DNA from: Octopus vulgaris | Lineage: Eukaryota | Length of the DNA: 64,000 nt | Assembly (NCBI GenBank): GCA_951406725.2 | Contig: OX597840.1 | Span: forward strand, 16,368,001 to 16,432,000 | Reading direction: 5' to 3' | In this document: one piece after another, positions 1 to 13,381 of the stretch | Numbering within the stretch: position 1 is the stretch's first letter | Layout of the letters: every line of letters starts with the position of its first letter | Position numbers and translations under genes: made by a program | Notes under the pieces: generated by a model | Told to the model about the DNA's origin: nothing | Databases searched by the model: none | The model's input: only the letters and a program-made list of their open reading frames with translations

Positions 1-392
1 GTTGGTTTAATTGTTCTTCATCGAACTCAACAGGACGGCCAGAACAAGGTGCGTCTTTGAAGTCAAAATTTCCATTTTTGAACTTGGTATACCAATCACG
101 AGTGGTTCTTTCAGCTATGACACCCTCTCCATACACAGTATAAATGTCGCGAGCAGCTTTTGCGGCCTTAGAACCTTGATTAAAATAAAAAAGGAGGCGT
201 CGAAAATGCTCGTTTTTCTTAACTTGACATTCTATTTTAATATGAAAATAACTAAAATTAACTAGAAAAAAAAAAGATTCCAAAATGATTCAAAAATAGA
301 ATTCTCGAAAAAATAGATTCCAAAATTTAAAAACGCAATAAATTCTAAAATAAAAAAAAAAAAACCGCGGGAACTTAGTTGCCAACCCAATA
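1..392 (-). mobile_element. Mariner transposon, 5' end (TIR plus transposase N-terminal HTH), truncated by the window edge
   Basis: Minus strand reads ECQVKKNEHFRRLLFYFNQGSKAAKAARDIYTVYGEGVIAERTTRDWYTKFKNGNFDFKDAPCSGRPVEFDEE (mariner W-x-x-F-x-x-G and GRP motifs). TIR-like end tattgggttggcaactaagttcccgcgg at 365-392. Start codon mutated. Confidence 0.9.
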
Positions 393-399
393 CTTAAAT

Positions 400-2380
400 A
401 AAAAACTTCTGGGAAGTTTTACAGATTTTTACAGTTCCAGTAATGGATTGGGTCTGTAGCCTTCGAATCAGCTTCTTTCTGATTTTGAGAAGCCTAATTG
501 CTCAAGATTGATAACCTAGGCAGTGTGTTGCACACCCCAGTGCTCCAGTAATTACAGGTATAAACCTGAGCTTGTAATTTGGATAGAGTAACTAAATTTC
601 TCAATAGTTCAGTGTACTTATTTTCTTTTTCACTGATCATTAGCTTTATGTTAACACCTGCCAGGCAGCTGATTTCCACAATTGTACACAGTTTCTCTTA
701 AATCATTATGTTAGGTCTATTGTATTTACATTGGTGCATGCAGTCTACCGCAGTATCCTGAGTTAATTTTAACCATTACAATACTGTTAAAGGATTTCTA
801 TAGACGTATTATTTTTACAGAGGAAACAGCAATTGCACATAGAAGTATAGACAATCAAGCCTTATTTCAGACCAAAGGCCCAAGGACAGCGAAATATAGG
901 CTGGTATTCTCCACTTGTCACGTTTTCGTTTTTCTGGCATGATGCAAAAGTCTGTTTCATGTGATGTATCCAGAAGATTGTCTTATAAAAATGCAACTGC
1001 TGTTTCCTCTGTAAAAATTATACGTCTATAGAAATTCTTTAACAGCATTTTAATGGTTAAAATTAACTCTGGTTAAGAGGGTAAGAAAAGGTAGACCGCA
1101 CGCTAAAAGTAATTTCACAGTGTAGACGAGATACTGCGGTCCACCGCACGCTAAAAGTAATTTCACAGTGTAGACGAGATACTGCGGTCCACCGCACGCT
1201 AAAGTCGAATACTGCAGTAGACCGCATGCTAAAGTAGCACCTTTACATTTTATTGAGGTTTTCACTGGAATATACCACCAGAACTCCTTTTTGTTATGAG
1301 TGGCTATGGCTCCACCATTCTGTGAGTTCTTATTTCTTTGTCCTTGGAGTTATATTTCCGACAGATCTCGTTATACAGTGGCCAAGCAACAACATCATGT
1401 CCCATCGCTAGATGATACCGTGATAACATTTTCAGACAACTGCTTATGATGTGGGTGATATCTTCGGTGTTAACTCCACAAAGTATGCATCAATTGTCCC
1501 ATTTTGCTGTTTTTCCTGTATCTCTGTCTCTTTTGTGCATCAGATATTTGGTTGATATTTTCTGTTCCTGGATTGCAAACGCATATCCTTCAAAGTGGGA
1601 GGTAGGAATCTGGTTGTTGGTCCATGATAGACTGCTTTGATGAACATTGTTACTATCATCTCAGAGTTTTCTACTAACATGTCCATGCATGGTCTTCTGC
1701 TGATATACGCTCATCTTTTCATCTGCGACTTCTCTGGGTATGTATTTAAGGTAATCAGGCAAGGAATGCTGCCCAAGGAGCTGCTTTGCAAATCTTATGA
1801 AGTTATCAGCCTCATGTATGCAAACTTGGTCGAAAGATGGACTTCGACACTTGGTGGTTAACAGATGTTGCCGAAGGGGGGATATGATACAGCATTCAAA
1901 AGCAGTCAAGACGATATTAAGCCTCTACCGCCTTGTTTTCTTTTCAGTTAGAGGCGGTCACTGTTGATGTGGAAATTATGTGTACTGGTTAGTATCTTTC
2001 AGGTTTTCACATCGATGGCTCGGATCTCATCAATTGTCCAGTAAAGCAGCCCAAATGTTGGTATGAGTACTGGCACCGAAAATACATTGCAGACCACTGT
2101 TCTATTTAATGCAGAGACTTCCAAGGTCCAAATTTTATTCAGTCGTAATATTCTTTAGTAAACCGTGTTTTGTTACTGGTGCCATTGTAAAGTATGTTTT
2201 TATTTATTCTTATATAGCTGTAACATTCCTCGTCAGTTATAGGGGAAACGGTCAAATCATTGATGGAAATGTTGCTAATCTGGTTTATAGTTTTCCTTCT
2301 TTTCATAAACATATAGCAACATTTGTCCAGACCAAACTCCAGCCCTTATAGCCTTTGAGAATGTAACCAGGTCAAGGCTC
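400..2380 (-). mobile_element. Decayed R4/Dong-type non-LTR retrotransposon (RT, zinc knuckle, restriction-like endonuclease)
   Basis: Minus-strand fragments GLEFGLDKC, LKRKQGGRGL, AIQEQKISTKY, CILCGVNTEDITHIISSC...HDVVA, NRPNI...VEISC...EKENKY, with many stops and frameshifts. The same 3' end occurs in + orientation at about 38170-38490. Confidence 0.8.
733..1241. mobile_element. Non-autonomous DNA transposon with 8-bp TSD, inserted in the R4/Dong LINE
   Basis: TSD tttacatt at 725-732 and 1242-1249; ends GGTGC...GCACC; internal ~80-bp inverted repeat (760-838 vs 992-1069); ~49-bp subterminal tandem units (about 1095-1200). Confidence 0.8.
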
Positions 2381-2427
<47 letters not shown>

Positions 2428-3302
2428 CGCGTGTGCATGTATGCATACGACAGGCTTCTTTCAGTTTCCGTCTACCAAATTCCCTTACAAGACATTGGTC
2501 GGCCCGGGGCTATATAGTAGGAGACAATCGCCTAAGATGAAGAGCGGTGGAATTGAGCCCAAAAGCATGTGGCTACGAAGCGAGCTTCTTAACTACATAG
2601 TAATAGCTGAGAATATTTTATGGATACTAGACCAATGTGCAAATCCAACTTCTACTGGATTAAAATAATCTTTTTCTTTCTTCGTTGAAAAGCGGTGAAA
2701 GTTCTCAGTTCGAAATAAAATGTAATCCCAGCCAGGACTGTATGCAGGGGGAATAACTCTTGTTATCATGTTTGAATGACGTCGAGACCTGCTCGAATCA
2801 TTGAAGTGTCGTATTTAGCCGCATTTCTTTTCGCTCCACTTTTTATGTTCAAGTTCCGCCGTCGTTCATTTTTTTCCTTTCATCGACTCGGAGTCGATAA
2901 AATAAAGTGCCAGTCAAGTGCTGAGCTCGTTGTAATCGACTAACCTCTATCTCCCCAAATTTCAAACCTTCCGTCTTCCCGGGATTAAATAAATTGTATG
3001 TTTTCCCGTCTTGTTTTGTCTATGATAGTGTATATCAACCATATAACAATATCCTGATATAAGATATACTATGGCAGTATACTTATGGCAAAATTCTGCT
3101 TTAAGCACTACATAGAACCCCTCATAACTTTTTTTTAATTTTTTGGAGCTTTCAGAAAATATTTGCGAATTTGTGTTGTCACACGAAGAATTCATACGAT
3201 TATGAAACAAGAATAAAAAAGTTGTGTGTGATTTAAGGGCGAGTTAAGTGTTATTTTTAACACATCTCACGACCACCTGATGCCTTCCTCGTTTCCGTGT
3301 CG

Positions 3303-3385
<83 letters not shown>

Positions 3386-3462
3386 GTCTCTCTGTCTATA
3401 TGTATATATACATGTTTGTGTGTGTGTGTGCATATACGTGTATGTATATGTATGCATGTGTG

Positions 3463-3496
<34 letters not shown>

Positions 3497-3499
3497 TAT

Positions 3500-4200
3500 G
3501 TGAAATCCCTTGTGAGGTCTCTAATGAATGCCACTGGTAACATGGAATAAAATACAAGCTATTGCATGGTCGAGTCGTCAGCGACTAAACCGACTCTCCC
3601 ACCAGGCTTGTCTGGTGAGGAGGGTTGCTAGAAACCAAGCAGGACTAAAAACAAAACCTGGCGAAAGGGCGGATGATCCTAGTGTAGGTTTCATGACTAT
3701 TTGGCAGTTGTATGGGCCCTCAGAAATTCCGTGTCCGTCTCTGGTGCACTGGAAGGTCACTGGGTGTGAGGCACCCTTCAGCTTTTGTTAAAGCATGTCT
3801 CTAAGAAAAGATTACTCTGATACAAAAATAGATATGTAAGGAAAGACATAGGAATTTTGGCGATCCTTTGTTTGTGCTTGAGATCATGTTGCACCCACAT
3901 TCCTGAGCCTGCGACCCATTGACACAGGATATCTTGCCCTGGTTTGTCTCTAGATCATGTCAATAGGATGGAAAGGGTGTTGTGCAAGCCTTATTGGATC
4001 TAAAATTTTAGCTTGTGCGATCGCCGACGAGGAAACTTTCCAACGACCCACCAAATAGGAGGCTGCCAAGGCAAGAACGGAAGTTGCGGGCGTGAACCCA
4101 GGTGAAACTGACGGTGATTGCAATTACCTTATGCACAAGTATTGCAGATATTTAGCATGGGCAATGGTCAGTGACAGCCTTCCTCAGTCATGAGTGAACA
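3500..4200 (+). mobile_element. Possible LINE (RTE-like) 5' UTR fragment
   Basis: GC-richer island between microsatellites with several hairpins and an aaaacctggcgaaagggcggatga segment reminiscent of RTE 5' ends; no coding homology seen. Confidence 0.25.
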
Positions 4201-4204
4201 GCCA

Positions 4205-4260
<56 letters not shown>

Positions 4261-5454
4261 GCACAGGGGTGGCTGTGTGGTAAGAAGCTTGCTTTCTGAC
4301 CACATGATTCTAGATTCAGTTCCATTGCATGGTAGCTTTAGTAAGTGTTTTCTGCTATAGCCTCGGACCGACCAAAGCCCTGTGAGTAGATTTGGTTGCT
4401 GGAAACTAAAAGAATCCTATTGTACATGTGTATGTGTGTTTGTTTGTTTGTACCCCACAACGCTTGACAACTGGTGCTGACATCGGCAAAAGAAACCGAC
4501 AGAATAAGTATCAGGTTCTTAAAAAAGTACCCGAGACGATGCATACGACTTTTTTATAATTGTTTATGGTATCTTTATACCTATGACGATCTTTTTCAAT
4601 TTATTTTCATATTCTTATTGCTTGCTCTAGCAAGATATTTCTGAATATGATGAATTTTTATTAGAAATTATTTTCTCTCTTTTTGGACTCCACAAAAAGT
4701 TTGAATTCTTCTACTTGAACTTATTATTTTTCTCTCACACACAGTATGACTCTTCAAAGACAGTTGCTCTGTGACTCTTCAAAGACAGTTGCTCTGTGAC
4801 TCTATACTGTTTTCTTCATCCATCCTTCTCTAATTCCCTTTTTCTCTCTCTCCACTCTCCATCCTTCTCTAATTCCCTTTTTCTCTCTCTCCACTCTCCA
4901 TCCTTTACTATTTTCTATCTGTCTATATCTCTCTCTCCTTTCTCTTTCTCTCTCTCATTCTCGTTGCTCACATGTGACCATCATCCATCTTTCTTTTCAT
5001 CACGTGACCATCTTCCTTTTCCTGCAGGGCCATTCAAAAGAACGGATGTGTTTCTTTTTTTTCTCTCTCTCTTCTATTTACCTCCCGTTGTGGTCTAGCG
5101 ACACCCCCCCTCGTGTTTGTTTTTGTTCGATTTCCTTGTATGTCTCCACTGTTATGTTTTTGTTCCCAACTTTGACCTTCCATAAATCTTAAATTTTATT
5201 TTAGAATTAATGGGAGCAATGACTCATATTGTCATTGAATGCTCAAGACGAGGAGTAGATAGACAACAGACAACTGATGAAGGCTCCTTCATCTGTGTTC
5301 ACTTGTCCTGTTTTCCATTTGTTTTCTTCTTCTTTACGTATTTAACTCATTTGTTTGCATTTTTCATGTTATTTGCACCCTTGGTGTTGTCCTGTATCCA
5401 TATAAGCATATATAATATATATACATACATACATGCATACATACATATATATAT

Positions 5455-5487
<33 letters not shown>

Positions 5488-5494
5488 CATACAT

Positions 5495-6130
5495 ATCATC
5501 ATCATCATCATCATCATCGTTTAACGTCCGTTCTCCATGCTAGCATGGGTTGGACGGTTCGACCGGGGATCTGGGAAGCCAGAAGGCTGCACCAGGCTCC
5601 AGTCTGATCTGGCAGTGTTTCTACAGCTGGATGCCCTTCCTAACGCCAACCACTCCGTGAGTGTAGTGGGTGATTTTTACGTGCCACCGGCACAGGGGCC
5701 AGGCCAGGCTGGCAACGGCCACGATCGGATTGGTGCTTTTTACGTGCCACCGGCACAGGGATCACAACTGCAGTTTCCATTGATTTTTGATGTTGGTGTA
5801 CTTGACTCAATGGATCTCCTCAAGCTCAGGGTCGAAACGGTGTTTCTTTACTTGCCACCTGCACAGGAGTCAGTCCAGTGGCCCTGGCAACTGCCGGGTG
5901 CCAGTCATAGAATTGGTTCAATTTCGATTCCGATTTCACTTGCCTCAACAGGTCTTCGTGTGTCCAAGTAAGGAAAGGCATGCATAAGTGAGCTGGCTAC
6001 ATCCCTGGCAAGGGACACAGGATGAACTCACTTGTCCTGCCGGGTCTTCTCACGCACAGCATATTTCCAAAGGTCTCGGTCGCTAGTCATTGCCTCGGTG
6101 AGGCCTAAAGTTCGAAGGTCGTGCTTCAGT
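5495..6130 (-). mobile_element. RTE LINE 3' end with (GAT)n tail
   Basis: Reverse complement of about 25380-26000 (ORF end, 3' UTR with cgtgccggtggcacgtaaaaagcacc repeats, gatgatgat tail). Further 3' UTR copies near 13110-13680, 29405-29830, 30470-30925, 34880-35370, 35875-36310, 40345-40570, 45015-45285 and 58340-58397. Confidence 0.9.
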
Positions 6131-6388
6131 GAGTGCGTATATATATACACACACATATATATACATATATGTATATTATATATTATTTACTATTTATTAT
6201 ATATATATGTATATATAAGTATGTATATATATAACGGGAAGCTTTATGAAAATAGACAAAAGACGAAGGCAGGTTTACGGAAATAAACAAAAGACGAAGG
6301 CAGGTGGAATACAAACAAACAATTGTATTATGTATATATATATATATGTATATACATATATATATATATATAAATATATATGTACATG

Positions 6389-6458
<70 letters not shown>

Positions 6459-6461
<3 letters not shown>

Positions 6462-7284
6462 CAATTAAGATTCAAGTCAATTCTAATGAATTCACTTGAA
6501 TGCGGTACTTACAAAGACAGGCTTTATTAAAAGTTGCAAATATTGCAGCAGATAAATTAATAGCTGTTTACTGGTCAAAAATAATATTCTCCTTATAGTT
6601 CTTAGATTCCTGCAAATTCTAAGCCAGCCTGACTGTCTCCAAATTTAAGAGATTTTTTTCTGTGTAGGGGGTTACCTGCGACCCTTTCCCTCTCAGTTGT
6701 CACAGTATACTCTATGTGGGCGTTTTTTCTTTTTTCTTTTTCTTTTTCTTCTTCTCCTTTTTCTTTTTTCTTTCTTTTCTTTTTTCTTTTCTTCCCTTTT
6801 CTTTTCTTTGCTCCACAAAATTCCTTCAGCCTTTAGAAATTCTAGCAGTTTTAGTAATGTGGCAAATATCTTATCATATAGCATGAAATTATACCCACCT
6901 CATTGTGGATTAACCATGGATAGATTCCTCGTCTGTGAGTATGAAATACCTCCTCATATCTCTGGAAATTTACACCTACACAATGGATTGATTCATCTTC
7001 TCTGTGAAGCTAATAAGCTTTTTTAGAACCTGTGATGAGACAGTGCATCATCATTAAAGAACTTTGGAAGTCTGTTTACAACCTGAATCTGCTTTTTATG
7101 AAATTATCTCCGATACTTCATGAGTGTAGCCTCACCCACTAAGATGTTTGGAGAACTCATATGTGTTTTAGCTGATGAGTACGGGACACTTGTATCTACT
7201 GCAATATTTGCAACTTTTAATAAAGCCTGTCTTTGTATGAAACAATTGTACTAAAAACTAATCCATTCTTGTTGCTTCTTTCTC

Positions 7285-7286
<2 letters not shown>
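6459..7286. mobile_element. (TA)n-flanked repeat with partial inverted duplication; second copy at 14508-14880
   Basis: 6510-6554 is an inverted copy of 7193-7237; about 7105-7280 is similar to 14575-14755; both copies sit inside (TA)n tracts. Confidence 0.65.
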
Positions 7287-7361
<75 letters not shown>

Positions 7362-8603
7362 TGTATGTATATATATATATATATATATAATTTTTTTTAA
7401 ATGGACAAGAAAGACAAAAAAAAAAAAACAATGCGAGGTCGTAGTTCATGCAAAGTATTAACGAGACACTCAAAGAAGGAAAGAGTGTTTATTTCATATG
7501 AATGTGTGTATGAATGTATGCTGGTGGTGCATAGTAGCGCATGTTCATGCATGGTTGTATGTATGTATGTATGTATGTATGTATGTATTCAATGAGCCTT
7601 GTACACCGTGTCATGAAAGGAACTTACCGATACTTTCTTCAAGGTTGATCCCTGTTGGGTAAGGTTCAACTCAAATTCTTATGGCAACAAAGCGAACCAC
7701 ACTTATACTTTTTCCCCACCGATTTTCCTTATTTTCATTTCGTATTTCTTTAATTTTTCTATTGGAGACATCCTACTGGCCATTGTTCTTTTAATTAATA
7801 GTTAATTAGCAGACGACAAGAGGAGGCGGCAACGGCGGCGGTGATGGTAGTTCTTATTTGTCAAAGTATTGTCTTATTTTACACAAGGCAATCCTACATT
7901 CTATTGTGACGTCATTGAAGGGATCATGCCACTGACATTTAGCACCTTGTTCCTGCCCAACAATACGCCCCCCCACCGCCTAACCCTACACTATACTCCC
8001 CACATTCCCCAAACCTACAATATGTTCCCCCATTCCCCCTGCCTAATAACGTGTACCGCTCCTCTTTGCCCACAATGTGCCCTATCTTACTCCACCTTGC
8101 AACGAGCCTCTCCTTTCGTAAGCCCTAAATGAGAACCTCTTTCCCCAGCCCTGCAATGTACTTTCCATTCTCTCAGCCCTATTTGTACACTCATTCACTC
8201 AGACTTAAAAGATTCCCCCTTTCCTTCCAGCCCCATGATAAAGCAAACCTTTTCCTTTCACTTCTACAATTTTTCTGCAGGATCCTCAAGCCATTCCCTT
8301 CGTTACTCCAGCTGGGAAAATATACAATATCTGTTTATCTATTAATATATCAATCTGTTAAACTGTAAATCTGTTAATCTGTAAATCTTTTACTGTTTTC
8401 AGGCAGAGGAATGCAGCATTGAAGGGTTTTTAGTGGAGCACAGCAACCCACCAAGACTACTTACTGATGTCTGTTATTTATTCTATCGGTCTCTATTTAT
8501 CAAATGGCTATATCAACTTTTTGATCTCACAAAAGTAAAAATACAAACAATATAAAAGCATATACCCATATACATACATACATCAACCTACCTATCTAGC
8601 TAT

Positions 8604-8634
<31 letters not shown>

Positions 8635-8673
8635 CGTGTGTGTGTGTGCGTGTGTGTGTTTGTGTGTGTGTAC

Positions 8674-8721
<48 letters not shown>

Positions 8722-8741
8722 TCTCCTTTTTTTCTGTGTCC

Positions 8742-8777
8742 CTTTCTGTAGAAGAGCGTAGGCTCGAAACGTAAAAG
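8742..8777 (+). ncRNA. Minimal hammerhead-ribozyme-like motif with variant core CUGUAGA, in a Penelope-type terminal repeat
   Basis: cttt-CTGTAGA-a-gagc(gtag)gctc-GAAA-c-GTA-aaag. Sister copies on the - strand at 34556-34591 (CTGTCGA) and 23435-23471 (CTGTTGA, decayed). Confidence 0.6.
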
Positions 8778-8873
8778 ACTTTTTCTAATTCCTGAACGTT
8801 ATACTAATACATCTGTTTGTTTTGTACACCACCTGTCTTCGTCTATTGTTTTTTTCGTGAACTCTTCCCCCCG

Positions 8874-8938
<65 letters not shown>

Positions 8939-8963
8939 TACACACAGAAGTTTTTTTCTATGG

Positions 8964-9005
<42 letters not shown>

Positions 9006-9870
9006 TTTATTTAAAGCAGCAGAAAATTCAACAAAATCTGTTACTCTGAGTTTCTCGTTGCCGTTCAAGTACATCTCCATAATACTTAACTCTACCGAAC
9101 AGTTTTACTCAACATCGCTGTTAAGAGTATGTAAACAAACCAACGCCGCTTGTCAAATGGTGTGGAAGTCACACACGCACACACAAAGACACATACACAC
9201 ACGCACGCACATACGTGACCAAATGAAATCCTCCACCGCCCTCTCATCGACCTCAACACCCAACCCATCCAGATCTTTCTCCTTTTTATTGTCACCTCAT
9301 TGTTTCTCTCTTCTCGTTATCAAGTATCCGGAAGATTTTAATTGGAAGAACAAATTTCATTGCGGGTTATATGTGATGTCTGTGATTTTAGCACCCAAAC
9401 CTATCACTTTCAAAGTGGACCTGAATCTCCTGGTTTCCCCTCGTGTTCCTGGGGCTTGCCATGGGTCTTGGAATAAAACGACAAATATCACAGAGAAAGC
9501 GTCGTCTTTTTTTTTTAATTGTGGATAGGTGAACGAAGGGGGCGACAGTTGACAGAAGAGTGGGCGGAGGAAGAGGAAGAGTGAGGGAAAGAGAGAGAGA
9601 GAGAGGGGGGAATACAAGCAGTGAAGTGAGAGAAAAAGAAAGGGGGAAGGAATGTGGGAATTTTTTCAATAGGTGTGTTTATATATTTAAATACTCACAC
9701 ACACACACACGTACGCACAAACACAAACACACATATATATATAAACATGTGTCTACAAGCATTCAAACGTACATAGTCATTGCAGGTTTAGCCCAAGTTC
9801 AACGTGGTAAGTTGAAGATGTTTCTATTCTCTTGAGAAGTTAAAATTTTCATTTACATTATTCACATATA

Positions 9871-10101
9871 TAGTAATTCCTCGACTATCGCGGGTGTTAC
9901 GTTCCAACTCCACCCCACCCCCGCGATAGGTGAAAATCCACAAACTAGAAACAGTTCTGTACTGTATATATATTTATTATTATTTTTATAATTTGTATAT
10001 ATTTATTTTATTATAAATGCAAAACAGCATCACAGAGGAACTGGTGTAAGCTTAGATAATAAACCGCGATTGGTGAACCGCGATATAGTGAAGGATTACT
10101 G
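9871..10101. mobile_element. pogo/Tigger-like MITE
   Basis: Imperfect TIRs (t)agtaattcctcgactatcgcgg and ccgcgatatagtgaaggattactg, flanked by TA. Confidence 0.75.
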
Positions 10102-10360
10102 TATTCTCTTAATCTATTGTTATTGCCCCATAAATCTGTTATTCCGTTAATGGGTTATTCTCTTGCAAGTGTCGGTAATTCTACAAGGGTCGTGCTGGAT
10201 CAGAACCGTATAATCGATTAACAAGCCTCTGTAATCGATTTTTTTTTGGATCCCGGTTCTGCTTATTTTACTCTGCTTCTGATTTCATTGAATTCTATAA
10301 AATGGCCAAGTTAGCACTTTGATATGTTCACACACACAAAATCGCAAATATGCAGACATA

Positions 10361-10515
10361 CACGTAAATAAATATATGTACAAATATATATATGTACACC
10401 ACTCACCTGCACAAACATAACAAATATACGTACATTCACGTAAATAAATATATGTACAAATATATATATGTACACCACTCACCTGCACAAACATAACAAA
10501 TATACGTACATTCAC
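10361..10515. repeat. Tandem duplication, 76-bp unit x2
   Basis: cacgtaaataaatatatgtacaaa...tacgtacatt starts at 10361 and 10437. Confidence 0.85.
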
Positions 10516-10519
10516 ACGT

Positions 10520-10880
10520 ATAGAGGTATGTGGTTAGGGCAGCGGACTCGCGGTTTCGATTCCCAGACCGGGCGTTGTGAGTGTTTATTGAGCGAAAACA
10601 CCCTAAAGTTCCACGAGGCTCCGGCAGGGGATGGTGGCGAACCCTGATCTACTCTTTCACCAGAACATTCTCTCACTCTTTCTTCTTGTTTCTGTTGTAC
10701 CTGAATTTCAAAGCGCCAGTTTTGCCACACCGTGTCACGCTGAATCTCCCCGAGAACTACGTTAAGGGTACACGTGTCTGTGGAGTGCTCAGCCACTTGC
10801 ACACTAATTTTACGAGCAGGCTGTTCCGTTGATCGGACCAACTAGAACCCACGTCGTCGGAAACGACGGAGTGACACCAT
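10520..10880 (+). mobile_element. tRNA-derived SINE (family C)
   Basis: A/B-box-like head (gtggttagggcagcggac...gtttcgattccc). Head shared with 46335-46620; tail shared with 58780-58975. Confidence 0.7.
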
Positions 10881-11006
10881 AGATGTATACACACATGCAT
10901 ACATACACATCTATCTGTCAATCTGTATTCATTCATCTATCTTGCCAGCCAATCATACACGTCTATTTGCCTCTCTCTTTCTCCCTCTGTTGGTCTTTCT
11001 GCCTGT

Positions 11007-11008
<2 letters not shown>

Positions 11009-11068
<60 letters not shown>

Positions 11069-11140
11069 CTCTCTCCATCTCTCTCTCTCTCTCTCCATCT
11101 ATCTATCTCTCTCTCTCTCCATCTATCTCTCTCTCTCTCC

Positions 11141-11216
<76 letters not shown>
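11009..11216. repeat. (CTAT)n/(CT)n compound microsatellite; similar tracts at 3303-3385 and 62420-62590
   Basis: Direct reading. Confidence 0.95.
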
Positions 11217-11217
<1 letters not shown>

Positions 11218-11232
11218 ACTCTCTCTCGCTCT

Positions 11233-11890
11233 AAAATGGAGAAATACATCTAAATCAAATATCAATTATCAGATAAAACTCAATCACATACTTTATTAAA
11301 CCACCACATAAGAGACTGTAGGGTTAAACATAAAAAGCAGAACAAATCAGTGTACATAAAGGAATGTACATAAAAAAGTGTACATAAAAGAGTAATGTTG
11401 TATAATAAGTAGAATATATATAAAACAGAGAATATAAATATAAGTAAATATAAATATAAGTATAGATTACATCTATACTTATATTTATATTTACTTACAT
11501 TTATATTCTCTTTTTTATATATATTCTACTTATTATACAACATTACTCTTTTATGTACACTTTTTTATGTACATTCCTTTATGTACACTGATCTGTTCTG
11601 CTTTTTATGTTTAACCCTACAGTCTCTTATGTGGTGGTTTAATAAAGTATGTGATTGAGTATTATCTGGTAATTGATATTTGATTTAGATGTATTTCTCC
11701 ATTTTCTTATCTTGTATTAGTAATTTGTGGTAAATCATTTTACCTTTGCCCATATAATACAGTAAATGAATTGATTGCATCGCAATCCTTAACATTTATG
11801 TATTAACTTTGTTGGGTACTTCACTAGCAGTATATTGGATATATGTTATCCCATGGAGGGTTGCATTTACAACCCCTATCTCAATTTGTA
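11233..11890. mobile_element. Fold-back element: ~235-bp-arm palindrome (11233-11705) plus a tail abutting (TA)n
   Basis: Arms near-perfectly complementary around a 3-nt loop at about 11469; about 11690-11888 recurs inverted at 48763-48962, also next to (TA)n. Confidence 0.85.
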
Positions 11891-12070
11891 TATATATATA
11901 TATATATGTGTGTGTGTATATATATGTATATACATATATGTATATATATATGTATATATATATGTATATATATATACATATATACATATATATATATATG
12001 TGTGTGTGTGCGTATATATGTATATACATATATGTGTATATATATATGTATATATATATGTATATATATG

Positions 12071-12101
<31 letters not shown>

Positions 12102-12666
12102 GTATATATATATGTATATATATATGTATATATATATATCATCATTTAATGATATATATATATATATATATATATGTGTGAGTGTCTGTCCCCTTCGATT
12201 TAGATTCCTAACTACTCCCACATTTTGCGGTGCAGTTTAACCAAATTCGGGTATCTTATAGTCGTGATTCATATCGAGCCCGTCTGAGTATTAGCGCGTC
12301 TACGATGAGTCTACGATTTTAAAAATAATTTAACATCATTTTTTATTCCATTTTAATGTATAATTTTTCGTGTGTCGATGGCGGCGGAGTTGGCGTCCAT
12401 GCTCACACCTGCACCCGTGTTGCTTCTCCCCCTTCTTCCCTCCCTCGTGAAGCTGTGGGGAAGGGAGTGTAAGGAAATCAACGTCGTAATGCGTTGTCAA
12501 GGAGACCAGCGTTCTTTTAGAACAACGACTTCATGGCTTGAAGTCGCCAAAACAGAAATCGCTAAAAAAGCTGAAACAGATCCACAAAAACGGCAATTAC
12601 CGCCACACAGGGCAGGTTTCCTGTGCAAACAATTTGCACAACCGAATGTTTTAGTTGTTGCACAAA

Positions 12667-13066
12667 TCTTTATATATAAAAGTAAGGTTGTGTGTCTGTC
12701 TCCTACGATTTAGATTCCTAACTACTCCCACATTTTGCGGTGCAGTGTAACCAAAACCGGGTATCTTATAGTCGTGATTCATATCGAGCCCGTCTGGGTA
12801 TTAGCGCACGTCTACGATGAGTCTACGATTTAAAAAAAAATTTACCATAATTTTTTATTCCATTTTTAATGCATTTTTCGCAATTATATAAGGGAAGTAA
12901 CTCTCTAAAAATGTCTACGATGAGTCAACGATTTAAAAAAAAAATTACCATAATTTTTTATTCCATTTTTAATGCATTTTTTGATATTTTTTTGCTATAA
13001 CTCACTAAAAATGCTTATATAGTTATTTCCCTTACAAACCCGAGCAACGCCGGGCGATACTGCTAG
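12667..13066 (+). mobile_element. Non-autonomous Helitron, preceded by a partial related copy at about 12170-12660
   Basis: 5' TC(tttatatataaa), 3' hairpin cccgagcaacgccggg followed by CTAG, inserted between A and T. Confidence 0.85.
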
Positions 13067-13381
13067 TATATATATATATGTATATATATATGTATATAAA
13101 TTGTAGTTAAGACACCCATGCTGGTGACACGTAAAAAGCACCGTCCGAACATGGCAGATACTAGCGCCACCTGACTGGCATCCGTGTCTGTGACACGTAA
13201 AAGCACCAACCGATCGTGGCCGTTTGCCAGTCTGCTCTGGATCCTGTGCCGGTGGCACGTAAAAAACACCCACTACACTCACGGAGTGGTTGGTGTTATG
13301 AAGGGCATCCAGCTGTAGAAACACTGCCAAATCAGACTAGAGCCTGGTGCAGCCTCCATGGCTTACCAGACCCCAGTCAAA

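Noticed and set aside
12372-12713. 113-aa ORF, also seen at 43078-43368
   Set aside because: Interior of a multi-copy non-autonomous Helitron; no recognisable domain.
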